Shown here piece after piece: positions 9,343-19,051 of a stretch of DNA of 64,000 nt. The stretch lies in NCBI GenBank assembly GCA_944383375.1, contig CALWPG010000005.1:24982-88981 (forward strand), written 5' to 3'. A model generated the notes under the pieces. That model did no database searches. It was not told the origin of the DNA and saw only the letters and a list, made by a program, of their open reading frames with translations. Source of the stretch: an uncultured Clostridia bacterium (GTDB lineage Bacteria; Bacillota; Clostridia; Christensenellales; UBA1242). Each line of letters begins with the position of its first letter. Within the stretch, counting starts at the first letter, position 1. The position numbers and the translations under genes are program-made.

Positions 9343-9915
9343 TTATTCTGAAAGAAGCTCATAAAGTTCGTCAAAATTTGCGATAAAGGACTGTCTGTAG
9401 TATCTTGTGCGAATTACACCATTTTGTTCATACTCACAGATGTAGAATAAATAATGTGTGGTCATTCCGGCATCTTGAGTGATTTCAAGTGTTATTTCAT
9501 CGTAGTATATAGGATCTTCCCTGTATGCTGATTGTGTGTAAATTTTGCCATTTTGCATGATAGGCTGCTCGGTTGCATACATGAGATTAAGTCTGTAACC
9601 TGAAAATGTGGAAGATGGTGATGTGGAATCTATTCTGTTTGTGTAACCAAGTCTTCCAGAGAAAAGTGATGTAAGAAAACTTTCATTGAATGCAGCATTG
9701 AATGCAGCATTGACCCTGTCATATTTTTCTTTGTTGTTTTCGACATCACAAAGTTGATAAAAAGCTTGATTATCCAAACGTATTTCATATGCATGAGGGT
9801 CTTCAATTTCAGGTCTTTTGCTCACTGGCACAAAACAAGCAACAATTGTCAAGACGACAAGCAGTGCCACCAAACAATAAACAGCTATGAGCCACCACCT
9901 ATTCTTTTTTGTCAT
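9343..9915 (-). CDS. Membrane-anchored hypothetical protein
   Basis: Start set to [28 protein letters not shown] (one N-terminal TM segment). Overlaps the ftsH stop by 17 nt. No recognisable domain. Confidence 0.55.
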   Translation of the reverse strand: MTKKNRWWLIAVYCLVALLVVLTIVACFVPVSKRPEIEDPHAYEIRLDNQAFYQLCDVENNKEKYDRVNAAFNAAFNESFLTSLFSGRLGYTNRIDSTSPSSTFSGYRLNLMYATEQPIMQNGKIYTQSAYREDPIYYDEITLEITQDAGMTTHYLFYICEYEQNGVIRTRYYRQSFIANFDELYELLSE

Positions 9916-12112
9916 CTTTTTTCTCCTTTTGTTCTGTTTGTTCTGCACTGTCACTTGCCTCATCACTTTCCTTTACCTTAGGCTCATTTTCAGCAGAATC
10001 TGTTTTTTCTTCTGTTACAACACCTTGTTTTTGAGTCTCAAGTTTTTTTAGTGCATTTTCTCTTTCTTTTAATATAAGGTCATAGTCTTTTTGACTTATT
10101 ATCCCCTCTTTGAGATACATTTCGGCAGTTTTGACTTTTTGGTCAATTTCCTTCATCTTCTTTTCTATCTCGCCTTCTATTCTTGCCTGCTGTTCTTTTT
10201 CACGTCTTTGTTTTTCCTGCTCTTCCATGTGAGAAATGATCTCTTCTTTTGATTTACCAGCGAGTATCATATCCACTTCTTCTTTGTAAATGGTGTTTTT
10301 CTCCAAAAGAAGCTGTGCCATTTCTTTGACGTAATTTTGATTATCTTGCAACAGTTTTTTGGCTCTTGTATAGTTATAATCCAATATTTTTTTAACCTCA
10401 GCATCTATTTGTGCTGCGACAGATTCACTGTAATCATTTTTGCTTTGATAATCTCTTCCAACAAAAATTTCTTCTTCAGTGTTGAAACTCATAAATCCAA
10501 ACTTTTCGCTCATGCCCCACTGTGTAACCATCTTGCGTGCAAGTTCTGTTGCGCGTTTGATATCGTTTGAAGCACCCGTTGAGATGTCATCCATGAAAAG
10601 TTCCTCACTCAGTCTTCCACCCATCATCATGGCGATGGTGTCATTGAGTTTAAGTTTTCCCATATGGTTGTCATCGCTGTCAGGTCTGCTCATAGTGTAA
10701 CCAGCGGCCATTCCACGAGGAATTATTGACACTTCCTGAACATCCTCACAATGCTCCAAGAGTTTTCCCACAATTGCATGACCACTTTCGTGATGTGCAG
10801 TGATGAGTTTGTCTTTTTCGGTCATAAGAAGGCTTTTCTTTTGTGGCCCCATTATGACTTTGTTTATTCCCTCAGTTATGTCCTGCATGATTATTTTAGG
10901 TCTGTTGTTTCTAGCTGCCAAGATTGCAGCTTCATTTAACATATTTTCTATATCAGCGCCAGTAAAACCCGATGTAATTCTTGCCAATGTTTGAAAATCA
11001 ACATCATCAGCAATTGGTTTGTTTCTTGCATGAATTCGAATTATGCCTTCTCTACCTTTAACGTCTGGAACATGAACATAGATTTGTCTATCAAATCTAC
11101 CAGGACGCAGCAAAGCAGGATCCAAGACATCGCTTCGGTTGGTTGCCGCCAAAACAATTATGCCTTCATTTGCTTCAAAACCATCCATTTCAACCAAAAG
11201 TTGGTTTAATGTCTGTTCTCTTTCATCATTGCCACCGCCAAGACCAGCACCACGCTGACGACCAACGGCATCAATTTCGTCAATAAACACTATACAAGGT
11301 TGGCATTTTTTGGCTTGATCAAACAAATCTCTAACTCTGCTTGCGCCAACACCAACAAACATCTCAACAAAGTCACTACCGCTTATTGAAAGGAATGGTA
11401 CATTGCTCTCTCCGGCTACTGCACGTGCAAGAAGTGTCTTTCCAGTACCAGGATTTCCAACAAGAAGTACGCCTTTTGGAATTCTCGCACCAAGTTCGGT
11501 GAACTTTTGTGGATGTTTCAAAAATTCTACAATTTCAGCAAGTTCTTCCTTTTCTTCATCGGCACCTGCAATATCAGAAAATCTGACTTTAACATCACTT
11601 GTAACACGAGCTTTGTTTTTTCCAAACTGCATAGCACTGTTGTTGCTCTTTGCAAACATTCTGAATATCAAAAATACTGCAACGCAAGCCAGCACAATGT
11701 AGAGAATTGGCATAAGTGTTTCAATCCAACTTGATCTTACTGGTGGGTTTTCCCATGTTATCAAATTTTCAGGTGGTAAACCCTCTGTTGCGTTGTAAGT
11801 CTCAACAGCATTTAGAATAAGTGTAAGTGTGGTTGAGGTGTATTCAAAGTAATAGTCCGCATTGTCTGGAAAACGTTCTCTTTCTTCCTCGGTTTTGAAT
11901 TTACTGTTTTGAGTTGTTAGCAGTACCCTGCCTTCACCATTGTAAAAATACAACTGATCAACTTCACCATTTTCAATCATGGTTATAACATTGGATGGTT
12001 GAGTTTCCTCGATATTTGAACCAAGGTCAACAAACATAAATATGGCTAAAATACAAATTAGTAGTATTATGCAAGCATAAATAAAACTAAAACTACTTTT
12101 TTTCTTATTCAA
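9899..12112 (-). CDS. ftsH: ATP-dependent zinc metalloprotease FtsH, with a long charged C-terminal extension
   Basis: Two TM segments, AAA Walker A GNPGTGKT, Walker [13 protein letters not shown] region, and the zinc site [12 protein letters not shown] start behind GGAGGGA. About 120 extra E/K-rich C-terminal residues. Confidence 0.95.
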   Translation of the reverse strand: MNKKKSSFSFIYACIILLICILAIFMFVDLGSNIEETQPSNVITMIENGEVDQLYFYNGEGRVLLTTQNSKFKTEEERERFPDNADYYFEYTSTTLTLILNAVETYNATEGLPPENLITWENPPVRSSWIETLMPILYIVLACVAVFLIFRMFAKSNNSAMQFGKNKARVTSDVKVRFSDIAGADEEKEELAEIVEFLKHPQKFTELGARIPKGVLLVGNPGTGKTLLARAVAGESNVPFLSISGSDFVEMFVGVGASRVRDLFDQAKKCQPCIVFIDEIDAVGRQRGAGLGGGNDEREQTLNQLLVEMDGFEANEGIIVLAATNRSDVLDPALLRPGRFDRQIYVHVPDVKGREGIIRIHARNKPIADDVDFQTLARITSGFTGADIENMLNEAAILAARNNRPKIIMQDITEGINKVIMGPQKKSLLMTEKDKLITAHHESGHAIVGKLLEHCEDVQEVSIIPRGMAAGYTMSRPDSDDNHMGKLKLNDTIAMMMGGRLSEELFMDDISTGASNDIKRATELARKMVTQWGMSEKFGFMSFNTEEEIFVGRDYQSKNDYSESVAAQIDAEVKKILDYNYTRAKKLLQDNQNYVKEMAQLLLEKNTIYKEEVDMILAGKSKEEIISHMEEQEKQRREKEQQARIEGEIEKKMKEIDQKVKTAEMYLKEGIISQKDYDLILKERENALKKLETQKQGVVTEEKTDSAENEPKVKESDEASDSAEQTEQKEKKDDKKE

Positions 12113-12223
12113 GTTTCCCTCCTACGTGGCATTACATATAATATTAGCATACATCGCCAAAATTTTGCAACTATTTATCTTTAATAAATTATAAGCAAAA
12201 TTGTAACATTTTATCAAAAATAC

Positions 12224-13066
12224 TTAAACAATATATGATGCGATTTTATCCAGCAACATTTTACAAATTTTGTCAAGTTCACTCCCTTCTGTGTAATCTG
12301 CTGGAGCGAGATAATCTGATCTATGATCAAGATAAAGTTGCCTACACTCGTGATATTTTTCACTGTTTGGAGCATAGACACATATTGAAGTACCTCCCTT
12401 TTTGCTCACCGTTCTCATGCAAGGAATATCTGTCTCGCCGTCACCAAAATATACAAAGTTTGAGTATGGCACAAGCCCATCTTTGCATTCAATGTATTCA
12501 TTTACACTTCTAGGATTCCAAAGGTCATCCATGGCATTTTTTCTGACACGATAGATGTATTGCGTCTTAGTGGTATAATTCACTGCCTGCGATGGCCAAA
12601 GTGGTATGCCATTTTCATCATAGGCAAATTGTGAAGCAAATATACGTTCAAAGTTGTGTGCAATTTTTGTACCTTCAATTATCTCTTTGAGTCCACTTGA
12701 AATGATGTAATGCTTAAGTTCCATGCCTCTTTCTTTCGCATATGCCGTCATGCGATCAAAAAATGTTTCCACACCGTCAAAAAACTCTATATCTTTTCCA
12801 AGTCCAACAATATCATCGCGGTGAAGTGTAATATTTTTTTCTTTTGTCACCGTGATCAACTTATACATCATTGCAAGAGCGCCATCCATATTGTGCTTTT
12901 TGGCAAAACTATTTACATCATCCCACCATTCTTCCTTGGTTGTGCCAATTAAATCTTGAAAAGAAAACTCCTGCATGTTTCGTGGAGATAGTGTGAGATC
13001 AAAATCATACATAAAAGCAACTTTTACAAGTTGACGTTTCTCTTTATTTAATTTTTCTTGTTGCAT
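12224..13066 (-). CDS. HAD-superfamily hydrolase-like protein
   Basis: DxDxT-type motif I (MYDFDLTL), motif II (IISSG) and motif IV (YFGDGETD). Confidence 0.65.
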   Translation of the reverse strand: MQQEKLNKEKRQLVKVAFMYDFDLTLSPRNMQEFSFQDLIGTTKEEWWDDVNSFAKKHNMDGALAMMYKLITVTKEKNITLHRDDIVGLGKDIEFFDGVETFFDRMTAYAKERGMELKHYIISSGLKEIIEGTKIAHNFERIFASQFAYDENGIPLWPSQAVNYTTKTQYIYRVRKNAMDDLWNPRSVNEYIECKDGLVPYSNFVYFGDGETDIPCMRTVSKKGGTSICVYAPNSEKYHECRQLYLDHRSDYLAPADYTEGSELDKICKMLLDKIASYIV

Positions 13067-13223
13067 ATATGTCTCCTTTTTAGTAAATTATAATAAAATA
13101 TAACATAAAATAGTTTACATTATCAAGTATTGATAAAAAAATTAAAAAATGTTGAAAAAATCATTGAAAATTGTCATTTTGTAGTGTACAATTAAGTTGT
13201 ATTCAAAAGAATAAGGAGATGAT

Positions 13224-13841
13224 ATGGAGTTTTTAGAAAAATATTGGCCACTTCTAGTCTGTGTAGTGCTTATTATAGTAGCCGTTGTGATTTTGATTGT
13301 GTTTAGAGACAAACCAGAAAACAATCAAAATGGAGAAGGTTTGCAGGATTCAACAAACAACGACCAAATAGTTGAAGAAAAACCTGCCCAAGCTGAAGCT
13401 GAAAAAGAAAAGGATGAAGTTATTGCTGAGGAAAATACAGATAAAGCTGAAGAAAGTGTAGAAAAGAAACCAAATCCAAAAAAAACAAAGACCAAAAAAG
13501 AAAAAGTTGAAGCAGCCCCTGTAGTTAATGCACAAGAAAATGAGGCTGAAAAACCTGTCGAAGCTGAAACTGTAGAACATGATGGTGAAGAAAAAACTGT
13601 TGAAACCAAAGAAAGCACACAAGATGAAAAAAAGACAAACCAAAAATATATGGTAACCTACGACAAAGAGCATGAGGAGTGGGTTGTCAAAAAAACCGGT
13701 GCTTCACGTGCTTCGAAGAGATGCAAAACTAAAAAAGAAGCAATGGAAGTTGCTGAAAAACTTGCTCAAAGTCAAGATCTTAATATAACCGTCAAGAAAA
13801 AAGACGGCAAATTCCAAAAACGCGAAAATGCAGGAAAATAA
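13224..13841 (+). CDS. Membrane-anchored protein with an E/K-rich linker and a C-terminal DUF2188-like domain
   Basis: N-terminal TM segment (WPLLVCVVLIIVAVVILIVF), a low-complexity E/K region, and a C-terminus YMVTYDKEHEEWVVKKTGASRASKRCKTKKEAMEVAEKLAQSQDLNITVKKKDGKFQ that resembles DUF2188. RBS AAGGAG. Confidence 0.65.
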   Translation: MEFLEKYWPLLVCVVLIIVAVVILIVFRDKPENNQNGEGLQDSTNNDQIVEEKPAQAEAEKEKDEVIAEENTDKAEESVEKKPNPKKTKTKKEKVEAAPVVNAQENEAEKPVEAETVEHDGEEKTVETKESTQDEKKTNQKYMVTYDKEHEEWVVKKTGASRASKRCKTKKEAMEVAEKLAQSQDLNITVKKKDGKFQKRENAGK

Positions 13842-13851
13842 GGATAGAAAT

Positions 13852-13883
13852 AAAAAATCTGACAATCATGTCAGATTTTTTTT
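13852..13883. terminator. Bidirectional rho-independent terminator
   Basis: AAAAA, hairpin ATCTGACA-atca-TGTCAGAT, then TTTTTTT. Confidence 0.75.
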
Positions 13884-13904
13884 ACTGTATCTTTCCATGC
13901 CCCT

Positions 13905-14070
13905 ATGTCATGTCGAATCAATGTGAGACAACTCAAAGATTCCTCACCTAAAGGTTCGGAATGACAGTGGTAGTGTCATTTCGAGCGACACTCTTTGTCA
14001 TTTCGAGCGAAGCGAGAAATCTCAATCCCAGGGAATGCAGAGCATTCCTTCCTTAGAGTCGTGACATCGT
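13905..14070. repeat. Palindromic intergenic repeat cluster 2
   Basis: Contains AGATTCCTCACCTAAAGGTTCGGAATGACAG, GTCATTTCGAGCGACAC (partial), GTCATTTCGAGCGAAGCGAGAAATCTC and degenerate flanking copies. Confidence 0.8.
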
Positions 14071-14112
14071 CAGAACCTGCATGGTTGGGCTTAAAGTGGC
14101 AAAAGTGTGCCG

Positions 14113-14262
14113 TCAACGTAGTTTTTGCCTGTAACTGCCACAAAAATGTTGCTTTTTAGTCTTATTTGTTACATTTATCTCTTCCTTTTGACAAAAACAA
14201 CCACTTTCATTATGAATGCAATCGTTCACATCACAATTGACTTTGCAATGAGTTATATCCAT
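14113..14262 (-). CDS. Small Cys-rich DUF1540-like protein (49 aa), below the ORF-track length cutoff
   Basis: Hand translation: MDITHCKVNCDVNDCIHNESGCFCQKEEINVTNKTKKQHFCGSYRQKLR*. This matches the DUF1540 pattern C-x-V-x2-C-x-H/Y-N-x3-C-x-A/C-x3-I-x-V. GGAGGG lies just upstream; an alternative ATG is at 14265. Confidence 0.5.
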   Translation of the reverse strand: MDITHCKVNCDVNDCIHNESGCFCQKEEINVTNKTKKQHFCGSYRQKLR

Positions 14263-14287
14263 CATTCCCTCCAATTATAGTTTGCGC

Positions 14288-14321
14288 AAAAAAAAAGGCT
14301 CTATACATTGATAGAGCCTTT
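14288..14321 (-). terminator. Rho-independent terminator of the ABC-F gene
   Basis: Minus strand reads AAAGGCTCTAT-caatgt-ATAGAGCCTTT followed by a run of T. Confidence 0.75.
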
Positions 14322-14331
14322 ATTGTTATCA

Positions 14332-15906
14332 CTATTTCAAATTCATATATTCTTCATAGGTCATCATCTTATCCACAATCTTGTCTGGTGAGATGATGTC
14401 TATAATTCTATTTGCGACAGTTTCAACGATCTCTTGGTCATGGGTTGTAAACAGCATGCAACCTTTGAAGTTTATCATGCCTTTGTTTAACGAGGTGATG
14501 GATTCTAGATCCAAATGGTTTGTTGGTTCATCCATGATGATAAAATTCCCACTTTCAAGCATCATCTTTGCAAACATACATCTAACTTTTTCTCCACCTG
14601 AGAGTACATTCACCGGTTTTAGTGCCTCTTCTCCAGAAAATAGCATCCTTCCCAGCCAACTTCTAATGAAAGTTTCATTCTGTTCCTTTGAATATTGCCT
14701 TAGCCAGTCCACGAGATTTTCAGTTTTTCCCTCAAAATATTCTCTGTTATCCTGTGGAAGATAGGTAGCTTTGATGGTTTTGCCCCAATTCACTGTGCCA
14801 CTATCTGCCACTTCCTTGCCCATTAGTATTTCAAAAAGTTTGGTTACTGCAAGGCTGTTGTTAGCCAAAAAGGCTATTTTGTCTTCCCTTCTTACAGAGA
14901 AACTCAAGTTTTCAAAAAAGCCGTGCTTTGTAAGGTTTTTAACCACCAAAATCTCTTTACCAATCTCCTGCTCGTATTTAAAGTCAATGTAAGGATATCT
15001 CCTTGAGGAAATCTTAAAATCTTCAATAGTAAGTTTTTCAAGTTCTTTTTTTCTGCTTGTGGCCTGTTTGGCTTTGGATGCATTTGCAGAAAACCTTGCG
15101 ATGAAGTCTTTAAGCTCTTTTGCGCGTTGTTCTGCCTTTTTGTTTTGGTCTTTAGCTTGTTTTTGAAGTAGTTGGTTGGTCTCATACCAAAAGTCGTAGT
15201 TTCCAAGCATCATATTTATCTGCCCATAATCAACATCACAAATATATGTGCAAACTTTGTTCAAAAAATGTCTGTTGTGTGAAACAATTATGACAGTATT
15301 TTCAAAATTCAAAAGATAATCTTCAAGCCATCTTGTTGTTTTAAAGTCCAAATTGTTGGTAGGCTCGTCCAAAATCAATATATCTGGATTCAAAAACAAT
15401 GCTTGGGCTAAAAGTACTTTAACTTTTTGCTTTGAATCCATTTCGCTCATAGGTGTGTCAAAAAACTTCTCATCAATGCCTATGCTTTTGAGTAGTGTCT
15501 TTGCCTCACTATCAGCTTCCCATCCACCTAGTTCAGCATACTCTGTCTCAAGTTCTCCAGCCAGCATACCGTCTGCCTCAGAGAAATCTGGTTTTGCATA
15601 AAGTTCCTCTTTTTGTTTTGCAATTTCGGTTAACCTTTTGTGACCCAGTAGCACAGTTTCAAGCACTGTATGATCATCATAAGCATTTTGATTTTGCATC
15701 AAAACACTCATACGCTCTTTTTCGTTGCGTATGACTTCGCCCTTGTTTGGCTCAAGTTCGCCTGTGAGAATTTTTAAAAAGGTGGACTTGCCAGCTCCAT
15801 TTGCGCCAATAATGCCATAGCAATTGCCCTTTGTAAACTTTAAATTGACATCTTTAAATAATACCCTGCCACCAAATTGAAGTGTGACATTTGATACCTG
15901 TAACAT
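14332..15906 (-). CDS. ABC-F family ATPase (two ABC cassettes, no TM domain)
   Basis: Two Walker A sites (GANGAGKST, and a second cassette), two signature motifs (LSGGEKVR), a Q/K-rich inter-domain linker, and no membrane segments. 524 aa. Confidence 0.9.
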   Translation of the reverse strand: MLQVSNVTLQFGGRVLFKDVNLKFTKGNCYGIIGANGAGKSTFLKILTGELEPNKGEVIRNEKERMSVLMQNQNAYDDHTVLETVLLGHKRLTEIAKQKEELYAKPDFSEADGMLAGELETEYAELGGWEADSEAKTLLKSIGIDEKFFDTPMSEMDSKQKVKVLLAQALFLNPDILILDEPTNNLDFKTTRWLEDYLLNFENTVIIVSHNRHFLNKVCTYICDVDYGQINMMLGNYDFWYETNQLLQKQAKDQNKKAEQRAKELKDFIARFSANASKAKQATSRKKELEKLTIEDFKISSRRYPYIDFKYEQEIGKEILVVKNLTKHGFFENLSFSVRREDKIAFLANNSLAVTKLFEILMGKEVADSGTVNWGKTIKATYLPQDNREYFEGKTENLVDWLRQYSKEQNETFIRSWLGRMLFSGEEALKPVNVLSGGEKVRCMFAKMMLESGNFIIMDEPTNHLDLESITSLNKGMINFKGCMLFTTHDQEIVETVANRIIDIISPDKIVDKMMTYEEYMNLK

Positions 15907-15988
15907 AACTTACTCCCATATAAGTGTATAACTAACTCTGAGAGTATAACATATAATCCTATACAAATGCAACCCTTTGTCTGTTGAT

Positions 15989-16017
15989 TTGACATTGCAT
16001 AAAAATTGTGTTATATT
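15989..16017 (+). promoter_or_regulatory. Sigma-A-type promoter for nrnA-glyQS
   Basis: TTGACA (15989-15994), 17-nt spacer ending in TGT, then TATATT (16012-16017). About 38 nt upstream of the ATG. Confidence 0.6.
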
Positions 16018-16055
16018 GTCCATTGTTTAATTAAAAAAGGAGAAAACAAAAGCTT

Positions 16056-17105
16056 ATGAACTCTTTAATTAAATGTATTCGAGACATTGAAAAGAGTAAG
16101 ACTATTGCCATCATTTGCCACACGATCCCAGATGCCGATGCGCTCGCCTCGCTTGTTGCTTTAAAGAAAATAATTAGACAAAATTTTAATTTATCAGATG
16201 AATCAAAACAAATTGACCTTTTTGTTGATGCTGATGAAATCAATGAGATTAACAGTGCCATTGTCAATGGTATTGAACTTAACAATAGACGAAGTGAACA
16301 CTATGACCTTGCAATAAGTGTGGACTGTGCTTCACTTTCAAGGCTTGGAAAATATGCCGAGATCTTTGAAGAGGCAAACAACACGATAAACATCGACCAC
16401 CATGTTACAAATGAAAGATTTGCCAAAAACAACTTGGTTTTTAAAACCTCCTCTACTTGCGAGGCGCTGTATATCATTGCAAAATCTCAGGATTGGGAAC
16501 TTAGTGATGAGGTATGTAAACTTGTCTACAGCGGCATAATCACCGACACAAACAACCTAACGCAAGGCACAATAACAGTCAATACGCACAAGATCATAAC
16601 TGAAATGGTGTCGAGAAAGATAAATGTAGACGCACTCAACCAACACTTTTTCCAAAACAACACAAAGAGCAAGGCATATCTGTTAAAACAAGCGCTTGAT
16701 TCTCTCACCTTCTTTGCCGGCGACAGAATTGCGTTTATGAAACTCACAAAACAAGATATTTCAGAATGCGAAGCGACTGTTGAAGATACCTACGGCATTG
16801 TAAACCACGGCACTGAGATCAAGGGAGTTGACATCTCCATCCTCGCCATTAAGCAGGAAGATAACTCCTATCAAGTAAGTCTTAGGAGCAAAGGAAATGT
16901 TGATGTGTCAAACATAGCCAAAGCATTTGGTGGTGGTGGACATGAAAATATGGCTGCTTTTAACTACAGTGGCCTTTTGGCAGATCTCAAAGAGCAATTG
17001 ATTCCTGCCTGTCGTGAGGAACTTTTGAAACATCCAAAAGAAGAAAAAGAAAATTTGTTTGATAACAGTGACGAAATTGAAGAACAGTCACAAACCAAAG
17101 GTTAA
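16056..17105 (+). CDS. nrnA: DHH/DHHA1 phosphoesterase, NrnA-like oligoribonuclease / pAp phosphatase
   Basis: DHH motifs (ICHTIPDADALAS, INIDHHVTN) and the DHHA1 motif GGGGHENMAAF. Confidence 0.8.
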   Translation: MNSLIKCIRDIEKSKTIAIICHTIPDADALASLVALKKIIRQNFNLSDESKQIDLFVDADEINEINSAIVNGIELNNRRSEHYDLAISVDCASLSRLGKYAEIFEEANNTINIDHHVTNERFAKNNLVFKTSSTCEALYIIAKSQDWELSDEVCKLVYSGIITDTNNLTQGTITVNTHKIITEMVSRKINVDALNQHFFQNNTKSKAYLLKQALDSLTFFAGDRIAFMKLTKQDISECEATVEDTYGIVNHGTEIKGVDISILAIKQEDNSYQVSLRSKGNVDVSNIAKAFGGGGHENMAAFNYSGLLADLKEQLIPACREELLKHPKEEKENLFDNSDEIEEQSQTKG

Positions 17106-17116
17106 AGGAGAAAAAC

Positions 17117-18511
17117 ATGGAAGATATAACAAAAGTGACCATGGACAAGCTTGTGGCACTTTGCAAAAATAGAGGAATTATTTTTCAAGGAAGCGAAATT
17201 TACGGTGGAATGGGCAACACTTGGGACTATGGTCCTGTTGGTGTAGAAATCAAAAACAACATAAAAAAGACATGGTGGAAACGTTTCGTTCAAGAAAGTG
17301 ACAACTCCTTCGGCGTTGATGCCGCAATATTGATGAACCCACGTGTTTGGGAATCTAGTGGACACACCACATCTTTTTCTGATCCAAAAATGGATTGTCG
17401 TGAATGCAAAACACGTCACCGTGCAGATAATTTGATTGAAAATTACTGTGCGCATCACCATATTGAAAATGTCATACCTGACAAGATGACAAATGAAGAG
17501 ATGGAGAAGTTCATAGCTGAGCACAAAATAGCCTGCCCTGTTTGCGGAAAACACAATTTCACATCAATTAGACAGTTTAAACTCATGTTTGAAACTCGCC
17601 GTGGTGTGACAGAGGACGACACTGATATCATCTATCTTCGTCCTGAAACTGCACAGGGAGAGTTTGTGAACTTTTTAAATGTGCAACGTTCCATGCGCGC
17701 TAAAGTACCTTTTGGTATCGCACAGATTGGTAAGGCATTTAGAAATGAAATCACGCCAGGAAACTTCATATTCCGTACCATTGAATTTGAACAGATGGAA
17801 CACCAGCTGTTTTGCAAAGAGTGTGATGATGACAAGTTCTACAATGAATATAAGCAAAAGGCATGGGATTATCTTGTCTCCATTGGAATAGACCCAAACA
17901 AACTCAGATTCAAAGACCATGACAAATTGGCACACTATGCAAAAAATGCTTGCGATATTCAATACCTGTTCCCATTTGGATATAGCGAACTTAATGGTAT
18001 ACACAATAGAACAAATTATGACCTTAGTCGCCACCAAGAATTTTCTGGTAAAAATATGCAATACCTAGACCCAATTACAAATGAAAAATATGTTCCATAT
18101 GTTGTGGAATATTCAATTGGCTGTGATCGACTTATGCTTGCGGTGCTTTGCAATGCATATCGTGAAGAAAAGCTGGTTGACGGCGAAACCCGTGTGGTAC
18201 TCGCTCTATCACCTGCTCTTGCACCTTACAAGGCATGCGTGTTGCCTCTTATCAAAAAGACACATGGCGAAGTGGCTAAGAATTTGCAAAAACAACTTTC
18301 AAAATACTTTATGTGCGACTATGACGAAAGCGGAAGCATTGGTAAACGATATCGCAGAGAAGATGAAATTGGCACACCTTTTGCAATTACTGTTGATGAT
18401 GAAACTTTAAACAATAACACCGTCACAATCCGAGATAGAGATACAATGCAACAGATAACCTTAAACGTGGATGAAGTTGCAAACTACATTTTGGAAAAAT
18501 GTAGGTATTAA
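17117..18511 (+). CDS. glyQS: Glycine--tRNA ligase (single-chain alpha2 type)
   Basis: RGIIFQGSEIYGGMGNTWDYGPVGVEIKNNIKKTWW, FRNEITPGNFIFRTIEFEQME (motif 2) and SIGCDRLMLAVL (motif 3). 464 aa. It starts 11 nt after nrnA, with no T-box upstream. Confidence 0.95.
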   Translation: MEDITKVTMDKLVALCKNRGIIFQGSEIYGGMGNTWDYGPVGVEIKNNIKKTWWKRFVQESDNSFGVDAAILMNPRVWESSGHTTSFSDPKMDCRECKTRHRADNLIENYCAHHHIENVIPDKMTNEEMEKFIAEHKIACPVCGKHNFTSIRQFKLMFETRRGVTEDDTDIIYLRPETAQGEFVNFLNVQRSMRAKVPFGIAQIGKAFRNEITPGNFIFRTIEFEQMEHQLFCKECDDDKFYNEYKQKAWDYLVSIGIDPNKLRFKDHDKLAHYAKNACDIQYLFPFGYSELNGIHNRTNYDLSRHQEFSGKNMQYLDPITNEKYVPYVVEYSIGCDRLMLAVLCNAYREEKLVDGETRVVLALSPALAPYKACVLPLIKKTHGEVAKNLQKQLSKYFMCDYDESGSIGKRYRREDEIGTPFAITVDDETLNNNTVTIRDRDTMQQITLNVDEVANYILEKCRY

Positions 18512-18534
18512 AACATTTGTCAACAACACTTCTT

Positions 18535-18648
18535 GTCATTTCGAGCGCATAACCAATGCCATTTCGAGCGACAGCGAGAAATTTAGATTCCTCGACGCTA
18601 AAGCGCCTCGGAATGACAGAAATAGTGTCATTTCGAGCAAAGCGAGAA
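18535..18648. repeat. Palindromic intergenic repeat cluster 3a (in the glyQS 3' UTR)
   Basis: GTCATTTCGAGCGCATAACC, CCATTTCGAGCGACAGCGAGAAATTT, AGATTCCTCGACGCTAAAGCGCCTCGGAATGACAG and GTCATTTCGAGCAAAGCGAGAAATCTC. The last unit merges into the terminator stem. Confidence 0.85.
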
Positions 18649-18677
18649 ATCTCTAGACTATGCTAGAGATTTTTTTT
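18649..18677 (+). terminator. Rho-independent terminator of glyQS
   Basis: ATCTCTAG-actatg-CTAGAGAT followed by TTTTTTT. Confidence 0.75.
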
Positions 18678-18704
18678 ATGATGTTTAATTCGCCTTATTT
18701 TGGC

Positions 18705-18940
18705 ATATAATATTTCAAGCAAAGCAAAACATCTCTGAGATTCCTCGTCGTTTTACTCCTCAGAATGACAGAGATAGTGTCATTTCGAGCACACAACCAT
18801 TGCCTTTGGAGCGAACAACCATTGTCTTTGGAGCATATAACCATTGTCATTTCGAGCGATAGCGAGAAATCTCTAAGATTCCTCAGTGCTTCGCACTTTG
18901 CAATGACAGGACTCCTCGGAGTGACATGAGGTTTGATGAC
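18705..18940. repeat. Palindromic intergenic repeat cluster 3b
   Basis: Degenerate TTTCAAGCAAAGCAAAACATCTC, GAGATTCCTCGTCGTTTTACTCCTCAGAATGACAG, GTCATTTCGAGCACACAACC, three tandem AACCATTGYCWTTGGAGC(R) sub-repeats, GTCATTTCGAGCGATAGCGAGAAATCTC, AGATTCCTCAGTGCTTCGCACTTTGCAATGACAG and CTCCTCGGAGTGACAT. Confidence 0.85.
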
Positions 18941-18985
18941 ACAAAAAAATTTTTTAAAAAAATTTAAAAAATTGGCACTATATCG

Positions 18986-19014
18986 TTGACATTGCTAGCA
19001 AAGTGATTTATAAT
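18986..19014 (+). promoter_or_regulatory. Consensus sigma-A promoter of hsp20
   Basis: TTGACA (18986-18991), exactly 17 nt of spacer, then TATAAT (19009-19014). Confidence 0.7.
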
Positions 19015-19051
19015 ATGCTTGCATTTAAAGATGCAAATAAGGAGAATTATT

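Noticed and set aside
13325-13673. Two minus-strand ORFs (97 and 107 aa) inside the DUF2188-like gene
   Set aside because: They are antisense readings of the E/K-rich low-complexity linker, which gives S/F-rich peptides. There are no RBSs.
18471-18656. 61-aa plus-strand ORF overlapping the glyQS 3' end and repeat cluster 3a
   Set aside because: It starts inside glyQS in another frame and runs through the repeat units. It is a repeat-translation artefact.
18972-18998. Possible CIRCE (HrcA) operator upstream of hsp20: TTGGCACTA-n9-CATTGCTAG
   Set aside because: Only about 7/9 and 6/9 matches to TTAGCACTC-n9-GAGTGCTAA, and the two halves are poorly complementary to each other (about 5/9). This is not enough to call an operator.
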